From an uncultured Erysipelotrichaceae bacterium (GTDB lineage Bacteria > Bacillota_I > Bacilli_A > RF39 > UBA660), in NCBI GenBank assembly GCA_902801825.1, contig CADCJS010000003.1, positions 1 through 52,762 of the forward strand: DNA of 52,762 bases. The letters run 5' to 3'. Below are positions 37,346 through 47,527 of the stretch, one piece after another. The notes under the pieces are model-generated. The model did no database searches and was not told where the DNA came from. It was given only the letters and a program-made list of their open reading frames with translations. Positions within the stretch are counted from its first letter, which is position 1. Each line of letters starts with the position of its first letter. The position numbers and the translations under genes are program-made.

Positions 37346-39946
37346 ATGGAAAAATATGTTTATATGTTTGATGAAGGAAATATTAGTATGAAAGATATTT
37401 TAGGTAATAAAGGTGCGAATTTATCTGAAATGACAAATTTAAAACTAAATGTTCCTTATGGATTTATTATTTCATCACATTTATGTAAAAAATATAATTC
37501 TAAAAAAGAATTGACTAAAACTGAATTAAATCAAATAATATCTTCAATTAAAAAAATAGAAAATAAAACAAATAAACAATTTGGAAATAAAGATAATCCA
37601 TTATTATTGTCAGTTAGAAGTGGATCATCGGTATCTATGCCTGGAATGATGGATACAATACTTAATATAGGTATGAATGATGATATATTAAGTAAAATGG
37701 ATGATAAAAGATTTGGATATGATTTATATAGAAGATTAATAATGATGTATTCTGATGTAGTAAAGGGTTATGATAAAAATAAATTTGAAGAAATAATAAC
37801 AAAAGAAAAAATAAGAAAGAATATTAAATATGATATTGATTTAGATATAGATTCTTTAAAAAATATTACATTTGAATTTAAAAAATTATATAAAATGTTA
37901 TCTAAAAGTTATTTTCCTCAAGATCCTTATGAACAATTGATTGAATCAGTAAAAGCAGTTTTTAATTCTTGGAATAATGAAAGAGCAATTTTTTATAGAA
38001 AAATGAATAACATAGATGATTCAATAGGAACTGCTGTTAATATTCAAGAAATGGTTTATGGTAATTTAAATAATGATTCTTTATCAGGAGTAATATTTTC
38101 TAGAAATCCTATTAATGGTTCTAATGAGTTATTTGGTGAATACTTAATTAATGCACAAGGAGAAGATATTGTTTCTGGAGCAAGAACACCTAATAAAATA
38201 AGTTTATTAAAGAAAAAAATGCCTATGATTTATGATGAATTATATTATTATTCTAAAGTATTAGAAAAGCATTATAAAGATATTCAAGATATTGAATTTA
38301 CTGTAGAAAATAAAAAATTATATATATTACAAACTAGAAATGCTAAGAGAACTATTGATGCTTCTATAAAAGTTGCAGTTGATTTAGTTGAAGAAAAATT
38401 AATTACTAAAAAAGAAGCTATTTTAAGAGTTAATCCTAATGAAATGGAACATTTATTACATAATGAATTTGATAAAGAAGAATTAAAATCAGTTAAAGTT
38501 ATTTCTACAGGATTAGGTGCATCTTCTGGATGTGCTTCTGGAAGAATATATTTTGATGTAAAAGATGCAAAAAAAGTAAGTTTATTAAATGAAAAATGTA
38601 TATTAGTAAAGAAAGAAACTACTACTGAAGATATTGAAGGAATGAAGATTTGTGAAGGACTAATAACTCAAGTAGGAGGAATAACAAGTCATGCTGCTGT
38701 AGTAGCTAGAAGCATGGGAAAACCTTGTGTATGTTCTATAGAAAATATAAAAATAGATTATAATAATAAACAATTAATAACAGGTGATAATATAAAATTT
38801 AATGAAGGAGATTATATTTCTATAGATGGTACTAATGGAATAATATATGATAGAAAAATAAAAACTACAAATAAAAAAGAATCAGAATATTTAAAGAAAT
38901 TTATGTCTTATGTTGATTCTAGTAAAAAATTAAAAATATATGCAAATAGTGAAACAATTACAGATACTAAAAATGCTATTATTTATGGATGTGAAGGAAT
39001 AGGTTTAGTTAGAACTGAACACATGTTCTTTGATGAAAAAAGAATATTTAATTTTAGAAAAATGATTTTATCTTCTAACAAAGAAGAAATTAATAAAGCA
39101 TTAAATGATTTATTACCATATCAGAAAAATGATTTTAAAGAAATATTTAAATTAATGAATAATAAATCAGTTACTATTAGGTTATTAGATCCTCCATTAC
39201 ATGAATTCTTACCTAAAGATAGAGAAGAAATAACTAAACTAGCATTAAATTTAAAAATAAATATTAATAAACTAAATGATAGAATTAAATCTTTAAAAGA
39301 AGTAAATCCTATGATGGGACATAGAGGTATTAGATTATCTATTTCTTATGAAGATATAGTTAGAATGCAAATAAAAGCAATCCTTGAATCAGCAATAGAA
39401 TTAACAGAAGAAGGTTTCAGCGTAAAACCTAATATAATGTTACCATTAGTGTCTGATATAAATGAATTTATTTATATTAAAAATATAATAAAAGAAGAAG
39501 CTAATTTGATATTTGAAAAGTATAATAAAAAAATAGATTATAAAATAGGAACTATGATAGAAACTGTAAGAGCGGCTTTATTATCAAGTGAAATAGCTAA
39601 AGAAGCAGACTTTTATAGTTTTGGTACAAATGATTTAACACAATTCACTTATGGAATAAGTAGAGATGATTCAGAGTTTTTAAAAGATTATTATGAAAAA
39701 GGAATATTTAATAATGATCCTTTTAAGTCATTAGATATAAAGGGTGTAGGAAAACTTATTAAACAAGCAGTTAAAGATGCAAGAAAAGTAAATAAGAATA
39801 TTGAAATAGGTATTTGTGGTGAACAAGGAGGAGATTTTAATACAATATGTTTCTGTAATGAAAATGATTTTGATTATGTATCTTGTTCTCCATATAGAAT
39901 ACTAGGTGCTAGGTTATCGGCTGCAATATCAGAAATACAGGAGTAA
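37346..39946 (+). CDS. ppdK: Pyruvate, phosphate dikinase
   Basis: N-terminal ATP-grasp (GNKGANLSEM). Phosphohistidine swivel GGITSHAAVVARSMGKPCV. C-terminal PEP-utilising TIM barrel (GLVRTEHMF, FFSFGTNDLTQ-like). Confidence 0.9.
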   Translation: MEKYVYMFDEGNISMKDILGNKGANLSEMTNLKLNVPYGFIISSHLCKKYNSKKELTKTELNQIISSIKKIENKTNKQFGNKDNPLLLSVRSGSSVSMPGMMDTILNIGMNDDILSKMDDKRFGYDLYRRLIMMYSDVVKGYDKNKFEEIITKEKIRKNIKYDIDLDIDSLKNITFEFKKLYKMLSKSYFPQDPYEQLIESVKAVFNSWNNERAIFYRKMNNIDDSIGTAVNIQEMVYGNLNNDSLSGVIFSRNPINGSNELFGEYLINAQGEDIVSGARTPNKISLLKKKMPMIYDELYYYSKVLEKHYKDIQDIEFTVENKKLYILQTRNAKRTIDASIKVAVDLVEEKLITKKEAILRVNPNEMEHLLHNEFDKEELKSVKVISTGLGASSGCASGRIYFDVKDAKKVSLLNEKCILVKKETTTEDIEGMKICEGLITQVGGITSHAAVVARSMGKPCVCSIENIKIDYNNKQLITGDNIKFNEGDYISIDGTNGIIYDRKIKTTNKKESEYLKKFMSYVDSSKKLKIYANSETITDTKNAIIYGCEGIGLVRTEHMFFDEKRIFNFRKMILSSNKEEINKALNDLLPYQKNDFKEIFKLMNNKSVTIRLLDPPLHEFLPKDREEITKLALNLKININKLNDRIKSLKEVNPMMGHRGIRLSISYEDIVRMQIKAILESAIELTEEGFSVKPNIMLPLVSDINEFIYIKNIIKEEANLIFEKYNKKIDYKIGTMIETVRAALLSSEIAKEADFYSFGTNDLTQFTYGISRDDSEFLKDYYEKGIFNNDPFKSLDIKGVGKLIKQAVKDARKVNKNIEIGICGEQGGDFNTICFCNENDFDYVSCSPYRILGARLSAAISEIQE

Positions 39947-39947
39947 T

Positions 39948-40220
39948 ATGAAAAAGTATATAGATCCATTTTTAATAAATTTACCATCAATAGATTTACA
40001 TGGATATGATAAAGTTTCTTCTATAATTAAAGTAGATGAATTTATTAATGATTCATTAAAATTAAAAAAGTATAAGATTGTTATTATACATGGCAAAGGA
40101 AAAGGAATATTAAAAGAAGAGATTCATAAATATTTAAAAAAAGATAAGAGGGTATTAAGATACTATTTAGATATAAACATAGGTTCAACTATAGTAGAAT
40201 TAGAGTCATCGAAAAGATAA
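39948..40220 (+). CDS. Smr (small MutS-related) domain protein
   Basis: IDLHGY...IIHGKGKGILK pattern. ATG 39948 lies 1 nt after the ppdK stop. Confidence 0.7.
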   Translation: MKKYIDPFLINLPSIDLHGYDKVSSIIKVDEFINDSLKLKKYKIVIIHGKGKGILKEEIHKYLKKDKRVLRYYLDINIGSTIVELESSKR

Positions 40221-40231
40221 CTCTTTTTTTT
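40203..40231 (+). terminator. Intrinsic terminator overlapping the smr stop codon
   Basis: 8-bp stem with one mismatch (GAGTCATC/GATAACTC) plus an 8-T run. Confidence 0.55.
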
Positions 40232-40362
40232 AATTGACTTTTTCTTTTTATTTGTGATATTATAGAAATCGTTTCAAAAAATGTGAAAAAGCGTCAAAAA
40301 TTTGACAAATTAGTACTGTTATGGTAGTATAGGCAGCATTATTTGAAAGAGGGGGAAAATAT

Positions 40363-42891
40363 ATGGATAATAGAAGTTCATTTTTAAGAGATATATTAGT
40401 AAAAGTATTATTTATTACAATATTTATATTTTTATTAATGTATTTATTTCCAATGCCAAATTTAACACCTTTTTATAGTTCAATATTTAATGATAATATT
40501 CAAACAATGAAGGATGCGGCTGAGGATTATTATACAATTAAGAGAATGCCAACTGAAGATGGTAAAAGTACAAAGATGACTTTACAAGAAATGCTTGATA
40601 AAAAGTTAATTATACCATTTGTTGATAAGGATGGTAAAACTTGTGACAATACTAAGTCATATGTTAAAGTTACAAAAGATGGTGATGAATACGTTTTAAA
40701 AGTATCTTTAACTTGTGGTAAAGAATCTAATTATGTTGTTGAAAGAATTGGATGTCATAATTTCTGTAAAGGTCAAACATGTAATGATGAAAAAACAATA
40801 AAAGAAGCTGTTAAGGAAGCTTTAGAAGAACAAGAAAATAAAGTGAGTTGTGAAACTTCAAAAGATGGTGTAGTAACTGTCACAGTTCCTACTGGTAAAT
40901 ATGTTTATGAATACGAGTTTCAAAAGAAATTAACTAGTGAAAACTGGACTATTGGTAACTTTACTGAAAAACAAGAAACTGAAAATGAAAATGTTAAACT
41001 TGTTGATACTAAAAAACAATATACTGGTAAAAAGAAAGTTACAAAAGGTACTACATTATATGAACAAATCTTATATGCATATAAAGATAACTGGACAATA
41101 GGTGATTGGACAGAAGAAGTTAAGAAAGAAACTGAAAATTTAAAATTATATGCAAAAAGAACATTATATACTGGTCAAAAGAAAGTAACAAAAAAAGAAA
41201 CGCAATATAAACATGTTAAATATGGTAAAAAGAATACTTGGACAGTAGATGATACATGGTTAAATAATACTAAACAAGAATCAGATAATGTTAAATTATA
41301 TGCAAAAAGAACATTATATACTGGTTCTAAAAAAGTAACTACAAAAACAACACAATATAAACATATTAAATATGGATACAAAGATAGTTGGAAAATTGAT
41401 GATAATTGGACAACAGAAGTTAAAACACCAAATGCTACTACAAAATTATATGCAAAGAGAACATTATATACTGGTTCTAAAAAGATAGAAACAAAAACTA
41501 CAAGATATCAATTTGCTAAATATGGTCATAAATATACTGTTACAAAACAAATACCAAATACTACTAATACATGTTCTGATTGGAAGAAAGATACTACTTG
41601 GTATCAAAGTAAACCAGCTAATACATCTAGTAGAATTTATGGAGATGCGTATAATTCAAAATCAGATGCTACTTCTTGGGTAATTGTTAATAACTCTTAT
41701 AAAACTACTATGATTATGCCAGAATATTCTGGAAATTATAGATATGAATTATTAAGTAAATCTGATAATGATAATTGTACATTTAATTGTAATGCTACAA
41801 ATATTGTATATTACTATAGAGTATATAAAGCTTCTGGTACAACAACTAAATATCAATATTATTATAAGGATTGTTCAAATACAGTAACTTATACTACTGA
41901 TACAAAAGTTGTTACAGATGCTACAAGTTACGTAAATAATGGCTATAAAATCACTAATGATGAAGTTTATGTTATAGATACTGTTTGGAAAGATGAAAAT
42001 GTTGCTCCAGCTGGTTATACATCAACTGGTAAAACAGGAACTAAAACAGTTGTAACATATGAATCATTAGGAAAATGGGTTACTAATAAGGATAAATTAG
42101 GTGAATATACTAATGATATTCTTACTAAGGAACAATATAAATATGCATATAATAATGGTGAAAGATATGTTATTGATGTTAAATGGACAAAATCAAGTAC
42201 ATCACCAGAAGGATATGTATATGCGAATAAAACTGCAACTGATACAAAAGTAACATATGAATCATTAGGAAAATGGGTTACAAGTAAAGATAAATTAGGT
42301 GAATACACTTATGATGTTTTAACTCAAACTCAATATAAATATGCTTATAATCATATAGAAGAATATATTATAGATGTTAAGTGGACAAATTCAAGCACAT
42401 CACCAGAAGGATATGTATATGCGAATAAAACTGCTACTACAACAACTATAAAATATGAATCTTTAGGAAAATGGGTTACTAATTATAATAAATTAGGTGA
42501 GTATGTTTATAATATTAAAACTAAAGATCAATATAAATATACAACTAATAATAAAACTAAATATGTTAAAGATACTAGATGGGTTACTGAAAATGTTGAA
42601 TCTGATGGTTATATATTAACTGGAAAGACTAAAACTACTAGTGAAACATCATATATCGATTTAGGTATTTGGGTTAATAGTAAAGAAGAATTAAATGAAT
42701 ATACATATGATGTTAGAACAAGAACATTATATAAATATAAATATAGAACTGTTAATACTTCTTATGAAACTACTTGGTCAAAAACTGAATTAGGTTATCC
42801 ATGGGAAAGAACAGGTAGAAGTAGAAGAACTTATGTTTCTACTGGAAGTAAAACTGTTACTAGAAATACAAATACTAATAAACAAAAATAG
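40363..42891 (+). CDS. Large membrane-anchored repeat protein (842 aa), probably cell surface
   Basis: N-terminal TM segment. Two internal tandem repeat families. Rich in Thr, Lys, Tyr and Trp. SD AGAGGGGGA. Confidence 0.7.
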   Translation: MDNRSSFLRDILVKVLFITIFIFLLMYLFPMPNLTPFYSSIFNDNIQTMKDAAEDYYTIKRMPTEDGKSTKMTLQEMLDKKLIIPFVDKDGKTCDNTKSYVKVTKDGDEYVLKVSLTCGKESNYVVERIGCHNFCKGQTCNDEKTIKEAVKEALEEQENKVSCETSKDGVVTVTVPTGKYVYEYEFQKKLTSENWTIGNFTEKQETENENVKLVDTKKQYTGKKKVTKGTTLYEQILYAYKDNWTIGDWTEEVKKETENLKLYAKRTLYTGQKKVTKKETQYKHVKYGKKNTWTVDDTWLNNTKQESDNVKLYAKRTLYTGSKKVTTKTTQYKHIKYGYKDSWKIDDNWTTEVKTPNATTKLYAKRTLYTGSKKIETKTTRYQFAKYGHKYTVTKQIPNTTNTCSDWKKDTTWYQSKPANTSSRIYGDAYNSKSDATSWVIVNNSYKTTMIMPEYSGNYRYELLSKSDNDNCTFNCNATNIVYYYRVYKASGTTTKYQYYYKDCSNTVTYTTDTKVVTDATSYVNNGYKITNDEVYVIDTVWKDENVAPAGYTSTGKTGTKTVVTYESLGKWVTNKDKLGEYTNDILTKEQYKYAYNNGERYVIDVKWTKSSTSPEGYVYANKTATDTKVTYESLGKWVTSKDKLGEYTYDVLTQTQYKYAYNHIEEYIIDVKWTNSSTSPEGYVYANKTATTTTIKYESLGKWVTNYNKLGEYVYNIKTKDQYKYTTNNKTKYVKDTRWVTENVESDGYILTGKTKTTSETSYIDLGIWVNSKEELNEYTYDVRTRTLYKYKYRTVNTSYETTWSKTELGYPWERTGRSRRTYVSTGSKTVTRNTNTNKQK
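40942..41535 (+). repeat. Four tandem 150-nt (50-aa) coding repeats (NWTIGxWT...KLYAKRTLYTGxKKVT...Y.H.KYG)
   Basis: TTATATGCAAAAAGAACATTATATACTGGT recurs at 41146 and 41296, and with one change at 41446. Confidence 0.85.
41968..42759 (+). repeat. Four tandem 198-nt (66-aa) coding repeats (YVIDVKWT..SPEGYVYANKT....YESLGKWVT.KDKLGEYTYD..T..QYKYAYN)
   Basis: TATGAATC(A/T)TTAGGAAAATGGGTT occurs at 42058, 42256 and 42454. A 35-nt identical block lies near 42202 and 42400. Confidence 0.85.
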
Positions 42892-42900
42892 TTAAATATA

Positions 42901-42935
42901 AATGTAAAGTAAATAATTACTTTACATTTTTTTTG
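42901..42935 (+). terminator. Strong intrinsic terminator after the repeat protein
   Basis: 12-bp perfect stem AATGTAAAGTAA/TTACTTTACATT with a 4-nt loop and a T-run. Confidence 0.8.
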
Positions 42936-43004
42936 TTTTTCTTGATTTTTAAAGGATTTTTTTGATATAATTGATAAGAATGGATAGATAGGAGAATGAT
43001 ATTA

Positions 43005-44912
43005 ATGGCAAAATATGATGAACATTCTATTAAGATATTAGAAGGATTAGAAGCAGTTAGAAAAAGACCTGGAATGTATATAGGTTCTACTGATAAAAGA
43101 GGTCTTCATCATTTAGTATGGGAAATAGTAGATAATTCAATAGATGAAATAATGAATGGTTATGGTAATACTATAAAAATAACATTACATAAAGATGGTT
43201 CTATTTCAGTTGAAGATAATGGACGTGGTGTACCAGTAGGAAAACATGAATCAGGAAAAAGTACTGTTGAAGTAATATATACAGTACTACATGCCGGTGG
43301 TAAATTTGAAGAAGGAAACTATAAAGTATCTGGTGGACTTCATGGTGTAGGTGCATCTGTTGTTAATGCTCTTTCAAGTTATATGATTGTAATGAGTAAA
43401 AGAGATGGAAAAGAATATGCCATTGGATTTAAAAATGGTGGAGAAGTTTGTGAACCATTAAAAGAAATAGGAAATACTAAACAAACAGGAACTACTGTAA
43501 GATTTTTGCCAAATAAAGATATATTTACTACTATTGATTTTTCATTTAGTAAAATATGTGAAAGAATGCAAGAATCAGCATTTTTATTAAAAGGATTAAC
43601 TGTAGAAGTAATAGATGAAAAAAATGATAGAAGTGAAAAATATCATTATGATAATGGAATAAAGTCTTTTGTAGAATATTTAAATGAAGATAAAACTCCA
43701 TTAAATAATGTATTACACTTTAGTGGATCAAAAGATAATATAGAAGTAGAAATTGCGATGCAATATACTAATACTTATAATGAAAATATAATATCATTTG
43801 TTAACAATGTAAAAACTATTGATGGTGGTTCTCATGAAGTAGGTTTTAAAAGTGCACTAACAAAAGTATTTAATGAATATGCTAAAAAGAATAATTATTT
43901 AAAAGCAAAAGATAAAAATTTAGAAGGGTCAGATGTTAGACAAGGTTTAACAGCTATTTTATCAGTTAGAGTACCAGAAGCATTATTACAATTTGAAGGA
44001 CAAACTAAAGGTAAATTAGGAACTCCTATTGCAAAGAGTGTTGTAGAAAATATAACATTAGAAAATTTACAATTTTATTTAGAAGAAAATAAAGATGGAG
44101 CTAGTTCAATATTAGATAAAGCAATAAAAGAAAAAAATGCAAGAGAAGCTGCGAGAAAAGCAAGAGAGAATGCTCGTAAAGGTTCTAATAGTAAAAAAGA
44201 AAAAAATATAAGTGATAAACTTGCTCCTGCTTCTAAAAAAGATAATAAGAAAAATGAATTATTTATAGTTGAAGGAGATTCTGCTGGTGGTTCAGCTAAA
44301 AGTGGTAGAGATAGATCTTATCAAGCAATTTTACCATTAAGAGGTAAAGTATTAAATACAGAAAGAGCATCCTTAGATGAAGCATATAAAAATGCAGAAA
44401 TAAACACTTTAATATATACAATAGGTGCTGGTGTAGGTCAAGATTTTAATATCAAAGATTGTAATTATGATAAAGTTATAATAATGACTGATGCTGATGT
44501 TGATGGATGTCATATTCAAGTATTATTAATTACATTCTTCTATAGATATATGAAACCTTTAATAGAAGAAGGAAAATTATATATTGCTTGTCCTCCTTTA
44601 TATAAAGTTAAATTTGGTAAAAAAGAAGAAGTATATGTTTATACAGATGAAGAATTAAAAGAAATAACTAAAGGAAGAAAAATAGAAGATTTACAAAGAT
44701 ATAAAGGATTAGGTGAAATGGATGATACACAATTATGGGAAACAACTATGGATCCATATTCTAGATCTTTAATTAGAGTTAATATAACAGATGCAGCATT
44801 AGCAGAAAAAAGAGTTAGTGTACTAATGGGAGAAAAAGTAGAACCAAGAAAAAATTGGATAGAAGAAAATGTTGAATTCTCATTAGAAGATGATTATAAA
44901 ATTAATAAGTAG
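43005..44912 (+). CDS. parE: DNA topoisomerase IV subunit B
   Basis: ILEGLEAVRKRPGMYIGST, GHKL ATPase, Toprim EGDSAGGSAK and PLRGK. Closely resembles Gram-positive ParE as I recall it. Paired with a ParC-type A subunit. SD ATAGGAGA before ATG 43005. Confidence 0.85.
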   Translation: MAKYDEHSIKILEGLEAVRKRPGMYIGSTDKRGLHHLVWEIVDNSIDEIMNGYGNTIKITLHKDGSISVEDNGRGVPVGKHESGKSTVEVIYTVLHAGGKFEEGNYKVSGGLHGVGASVVNALSSYMIVMSKRDGKEYAIGFKNGGEVCEPLKEIGNTKQTGTTVRFLPNKDIFTTIDFSFSKICERMQESAFLLKGLTVEVIDEKNDRSEKYHYDNGIKSFVEYLNEDKTPLNNVLHFSGSKDNIEVEIAMQYTNTYNENIISFVNNVKTIDGGSHEVGFKSALTKVFNEYAKKNNYLKAKDKNLEGSDVRQGLTAILSVRVPEALLQFEGQTKGKLGTPIAKSVVENITLENLQFYLEENKDGASSILDKAIKEKNAREAARKARENARKGSNSKKEKNISDKLAPASKKDNKKNELFIVEGDSAGGSAKSGRDRSYQAILPLRGKVLNTERASLDEAYKNAEINTLIYTIGAGVGQDFNIKDCNYDKVIIMTDADVDGCHIQVLLITFFYRYMKPLIEEGKLYIACPPLYKVKFGKKEEVYVYTDEELKEITKGRKIEDLQRYKGLGEMDDTQLWETTMDPYSRSLIRVNITDAALAEKRVSVLMGEKVEPRKNWIEENVEFSLEDDYKINK

Positions 44913-44922
44913 GTGAAAAGTA

Positions 44923-47469
44923 ATGGCAAAAAAAGAAGAAACAAAACTTGTTTTACAAAAAATTCACGACTATGCTTTAGAAGAAATAATGGGTGAACGT
45001 TTTGGTAGATATTGTAAAGAAATAATACAAGATAGAGCAATACCAGATGTTAGAGATGGACTTAAACCTGTTCAAAGAAGAATTCTATTTGGTATGTATA
45101 AGGGAAAAAATACATATGAGAATAAATATAGAAAAAGTGCTAGAGCAGTTGGTGACATAATGGGTAAATACCATCCACATGGTGATTCATCTATATATGA
45201 TGCTATGGTAAGAATGAGTCAAAGTTGGAAGATGATGACTCCATATATAGATATGCATGGTAATAATGGATCAATGGATGGTGATTCTGCAGCAGCAATG
45301 CGTTATACAGAAGTAAAATTATCAAAAATTGCAGGAGAAATACTTAAAGATATAGATAAAAATACAGTAGAAATGGCACCTAATTATGATGATACAGAAG
45401 AAGAACCAACAGTACTTCCATGTAGATTTCCAAATTTATTAGTTAATGGTGCAACTGGAATATCTGCAGGTTATGCAACTGATATACCTCCTCATAATTT
45501 AGGAGAAATAATAGATGCAACTATTTTAAGAATAGATAAACCAAAATGTACAGTAGATGATATTTTACAAATAGTTAAAGGACCAGATTTTCCAACTGGT
45601 GGTATAGCTTGTGGTAAAGAAGAAATAAAAAAAGCATATACTACAGGTAAAGCAAAAATATTAATTAAATCAAGATATCATATTAATAAAGAAAAAGGTA
45701 AGAATCAAATAATAATTACAGAAATTCCATATGAAGTTAATAAAGCTAATCTAGTTAAAAAAATGAACGATATAAGAATAGAAAAGAAAATAGATGGTAT
45801 TGTAGATGTAGTAGATTCAACTTCTAGAGGAGAATTAATAATTACTATAGATTTAAAGAAAGATGCTGATACAGATTTAATATTAAAATATTTACTTAAA
45901 AATACTGATATGCAAGTATCTTACTCTTATAATATGATTGCTATAGTAGATAGAAGACCTAAATTAGTAGGTATTATAGATATATTAGATGCTTATATTA
46001 AACATCAAAAAGAAGTTGTAACTAGAAGAAGTATCTTTAATTTAGAACATGCAAAAGCAAGGTATGAAATAGTACAAGGTTTGATGAAAGCAATATCTAT
46101 ACTTGATGAAATTATTGCTTTGATTAGACAAAGTAAGAATAGAGCAGATGCAACTGAAAACTTAATTAATAAATATGATTTTACTTTTAATCAAGCAGAT
46201 GCAATTGTTAAATTACAATTATATCGTTTGACCAATACAGATGTAGTAATGCTTGAAAATGAATTATCTGATTTAGAAAAAATAATAGAATTTTTAAATT
46301 CAATCTTAAATGATGAAAAAAAATTAATGAAACAAATAAAAAAAGAATTATTAGAAATAAAAAAAGAATATCAAGAAGATAGAAAAACTGATATTGAAGA
46401 TGAAATAAAAGAAATTAAAATAGATACTGAAGCTATGATTCAAAAAGAAGATGTAATAGTAGTTGTAACAAATGAAGGATATGTTAAAAGAGTATCCAAA
46501 AAGAGTTTTTCTTCTTCAAGTATGGAAGATTTGACTTTAAAAGAAAATGACTATATTATTGGATTATATGAAATGAATACACTTTCAACACTATTATTAT
46601 TTACTGATAAAGGAAATTATTTATATATTCCAGTATATAATTTACCAGATTTAAAATGGAAAGAATTAGGAAAACATATAAGTAATATTGTAAGTATTAA
46701 AGACGATGAAAGAATAATATATTCATTAAATGTAAATGATTTTGATAAAAAACAAAATATAACATTATTTACAAAAAATGGAATGATCAAAAGAACAGAA
46801 TTATCACAATTTAAAGTAAGTAGATATTCTAAAGCAATTAATTGTATTAAATTAAAAAATGATGACTTAGTTGTTTCTGTTACAAATAGTAATTATAGTA
46901 ATGTATTTATAACAACTCATAATGGTTATGGACTTTGGTATAAAGTTAGTGAAGTGCCAGTTACAGGATTAAAAGCAAGTGGTGTTAAATCTATTAAATT
47001 AGATAAAGATGATTATGTTATAAATGGAGAAATATTCAGTGATAATAGTGATTATATAACTGTATTTACTGATAAAATGACTGCAAAAAGAATAAAAATA
47101 TCTGATTGTGAAGTAAGTTCAAGAGCAAGAAAAGGATTATTATTAATTAGATTAGTAAAAACAAATCCACATAAAATAATAAAATCATTTATAACAACTT
47201 CAAAAGATAAATTTGGTGTTATAAATATTAAAGAACTAACATATTTAAAAAATAGTGAAATTTCAATTAATGATAGATATTCTACTGGTTCAAGTATATC
47301 TAAACAAAGAATTATAGATGTATTTATTGTAAAAGAAATAGAAAATGAAGAAGAAATTGAAATTATAGAAGAAAAAGAAGAACCAAAAAAAGAAGTATCA
47401 TTAAAAGAAATTGATGATGAAATATTAACAATAGATGATTTTTTAGATGATTTTAAAATTATTGAATAA
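44923..47469 (+). CDS. parC: DNA topoisomerase IV subunit A
   Basis: ParC-type N-terminus MGERFGRYCKEIIQDRAIPDVRDGLKPVQRRILFGM (QRR, not the HRR of GyrA). Catalytic AAMRYTE. Acidic C-terminal tail. Confidence 0.85.
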   Translation: MAKKEETKLVLQKIHDYALEEIMGERFGRYCKEIIQDRAIPDVRDGLKPVQRRILFGMYKGKNTYENKYRKSARAVGDIMGKYHPHGDSSIYDAMVRMSQSWKMMTPYIDMHGNNGSMDGDSAAAMRYTEVKLSKIAGEILKDIDKNTVEMAPNYDDTEEEPTVLPCRFPNLLVNGATGISAGYATDIPPHNLGEIIDATILRIDKPKCTVDDILQIVKGPDFPTGGIACGKEEIKKAYTTGKAKILIKSRYHINKEKGKNQIIITEIPYEVNKANLVKKMNDIRIEKKIDGIVDVVDSTSRGELIITIDLKKDADTDLILKYLLKNTDMQVSYSYNMIAIVDRRPKLVGIIDILDAYIKHQKEVVTRRSIFNLEHAKARYEIVQGLMKAISILDEIIALIRQSKNRADATENLINKYDFTFNQADAIVKLQLYRLTNTDVVMLENELSDLEKIIEFLNSILNDEKKLMKQIKKELLEIKKEYQEDRKTDIEDEIKEIKIDTEAMIQKEDVIVVVTNEGYVKRVSKKSFSSSSMEDLTLKENDYIIGLYEMNTLSTLLLFTDKGNYLYIPVYNLPDLKWKELGKHISNIVSIKDDERIIYSLNVNDFDKKQNITLFTKNGMIKRTELSQFKVSRYSKAINCIKLKNDDLVVSVTNSNYSNVFITTHNGYGLWYKVSEVPVTGLKASGVKSIKLDKDDYVINGEIFSDNSDYITVFTDKMTAKRIKISDCEVSSRARKGLLLIRLVKTNPHKIIKSFITTSKDKFGVINIKELTYLKNSEISINDRYSTGSSISKQRIIDVFIVKEIENEEEIEIIEEKEEPKKEVSLKEIDDEILTIDDFLDDFKIIE

Positions 47470-47527
47470 TAATTATTGCTTAATAATTTAATATTATGTA
47501 TAATAAACAACTTGTGGGAGAAAAAAT

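Noticed and set aside
43005-47469. DNA gyrase gyrB-gyrA
   Set aside because: The A subunit has the ParC-type N-terminus (ERFGRY..IIQDRA.PDVRDGLKPVQRR) instead of the GyrA pattern (..PVHRR). I saw no GyrA-box (QRRGGKG) in the C-terminal domain.
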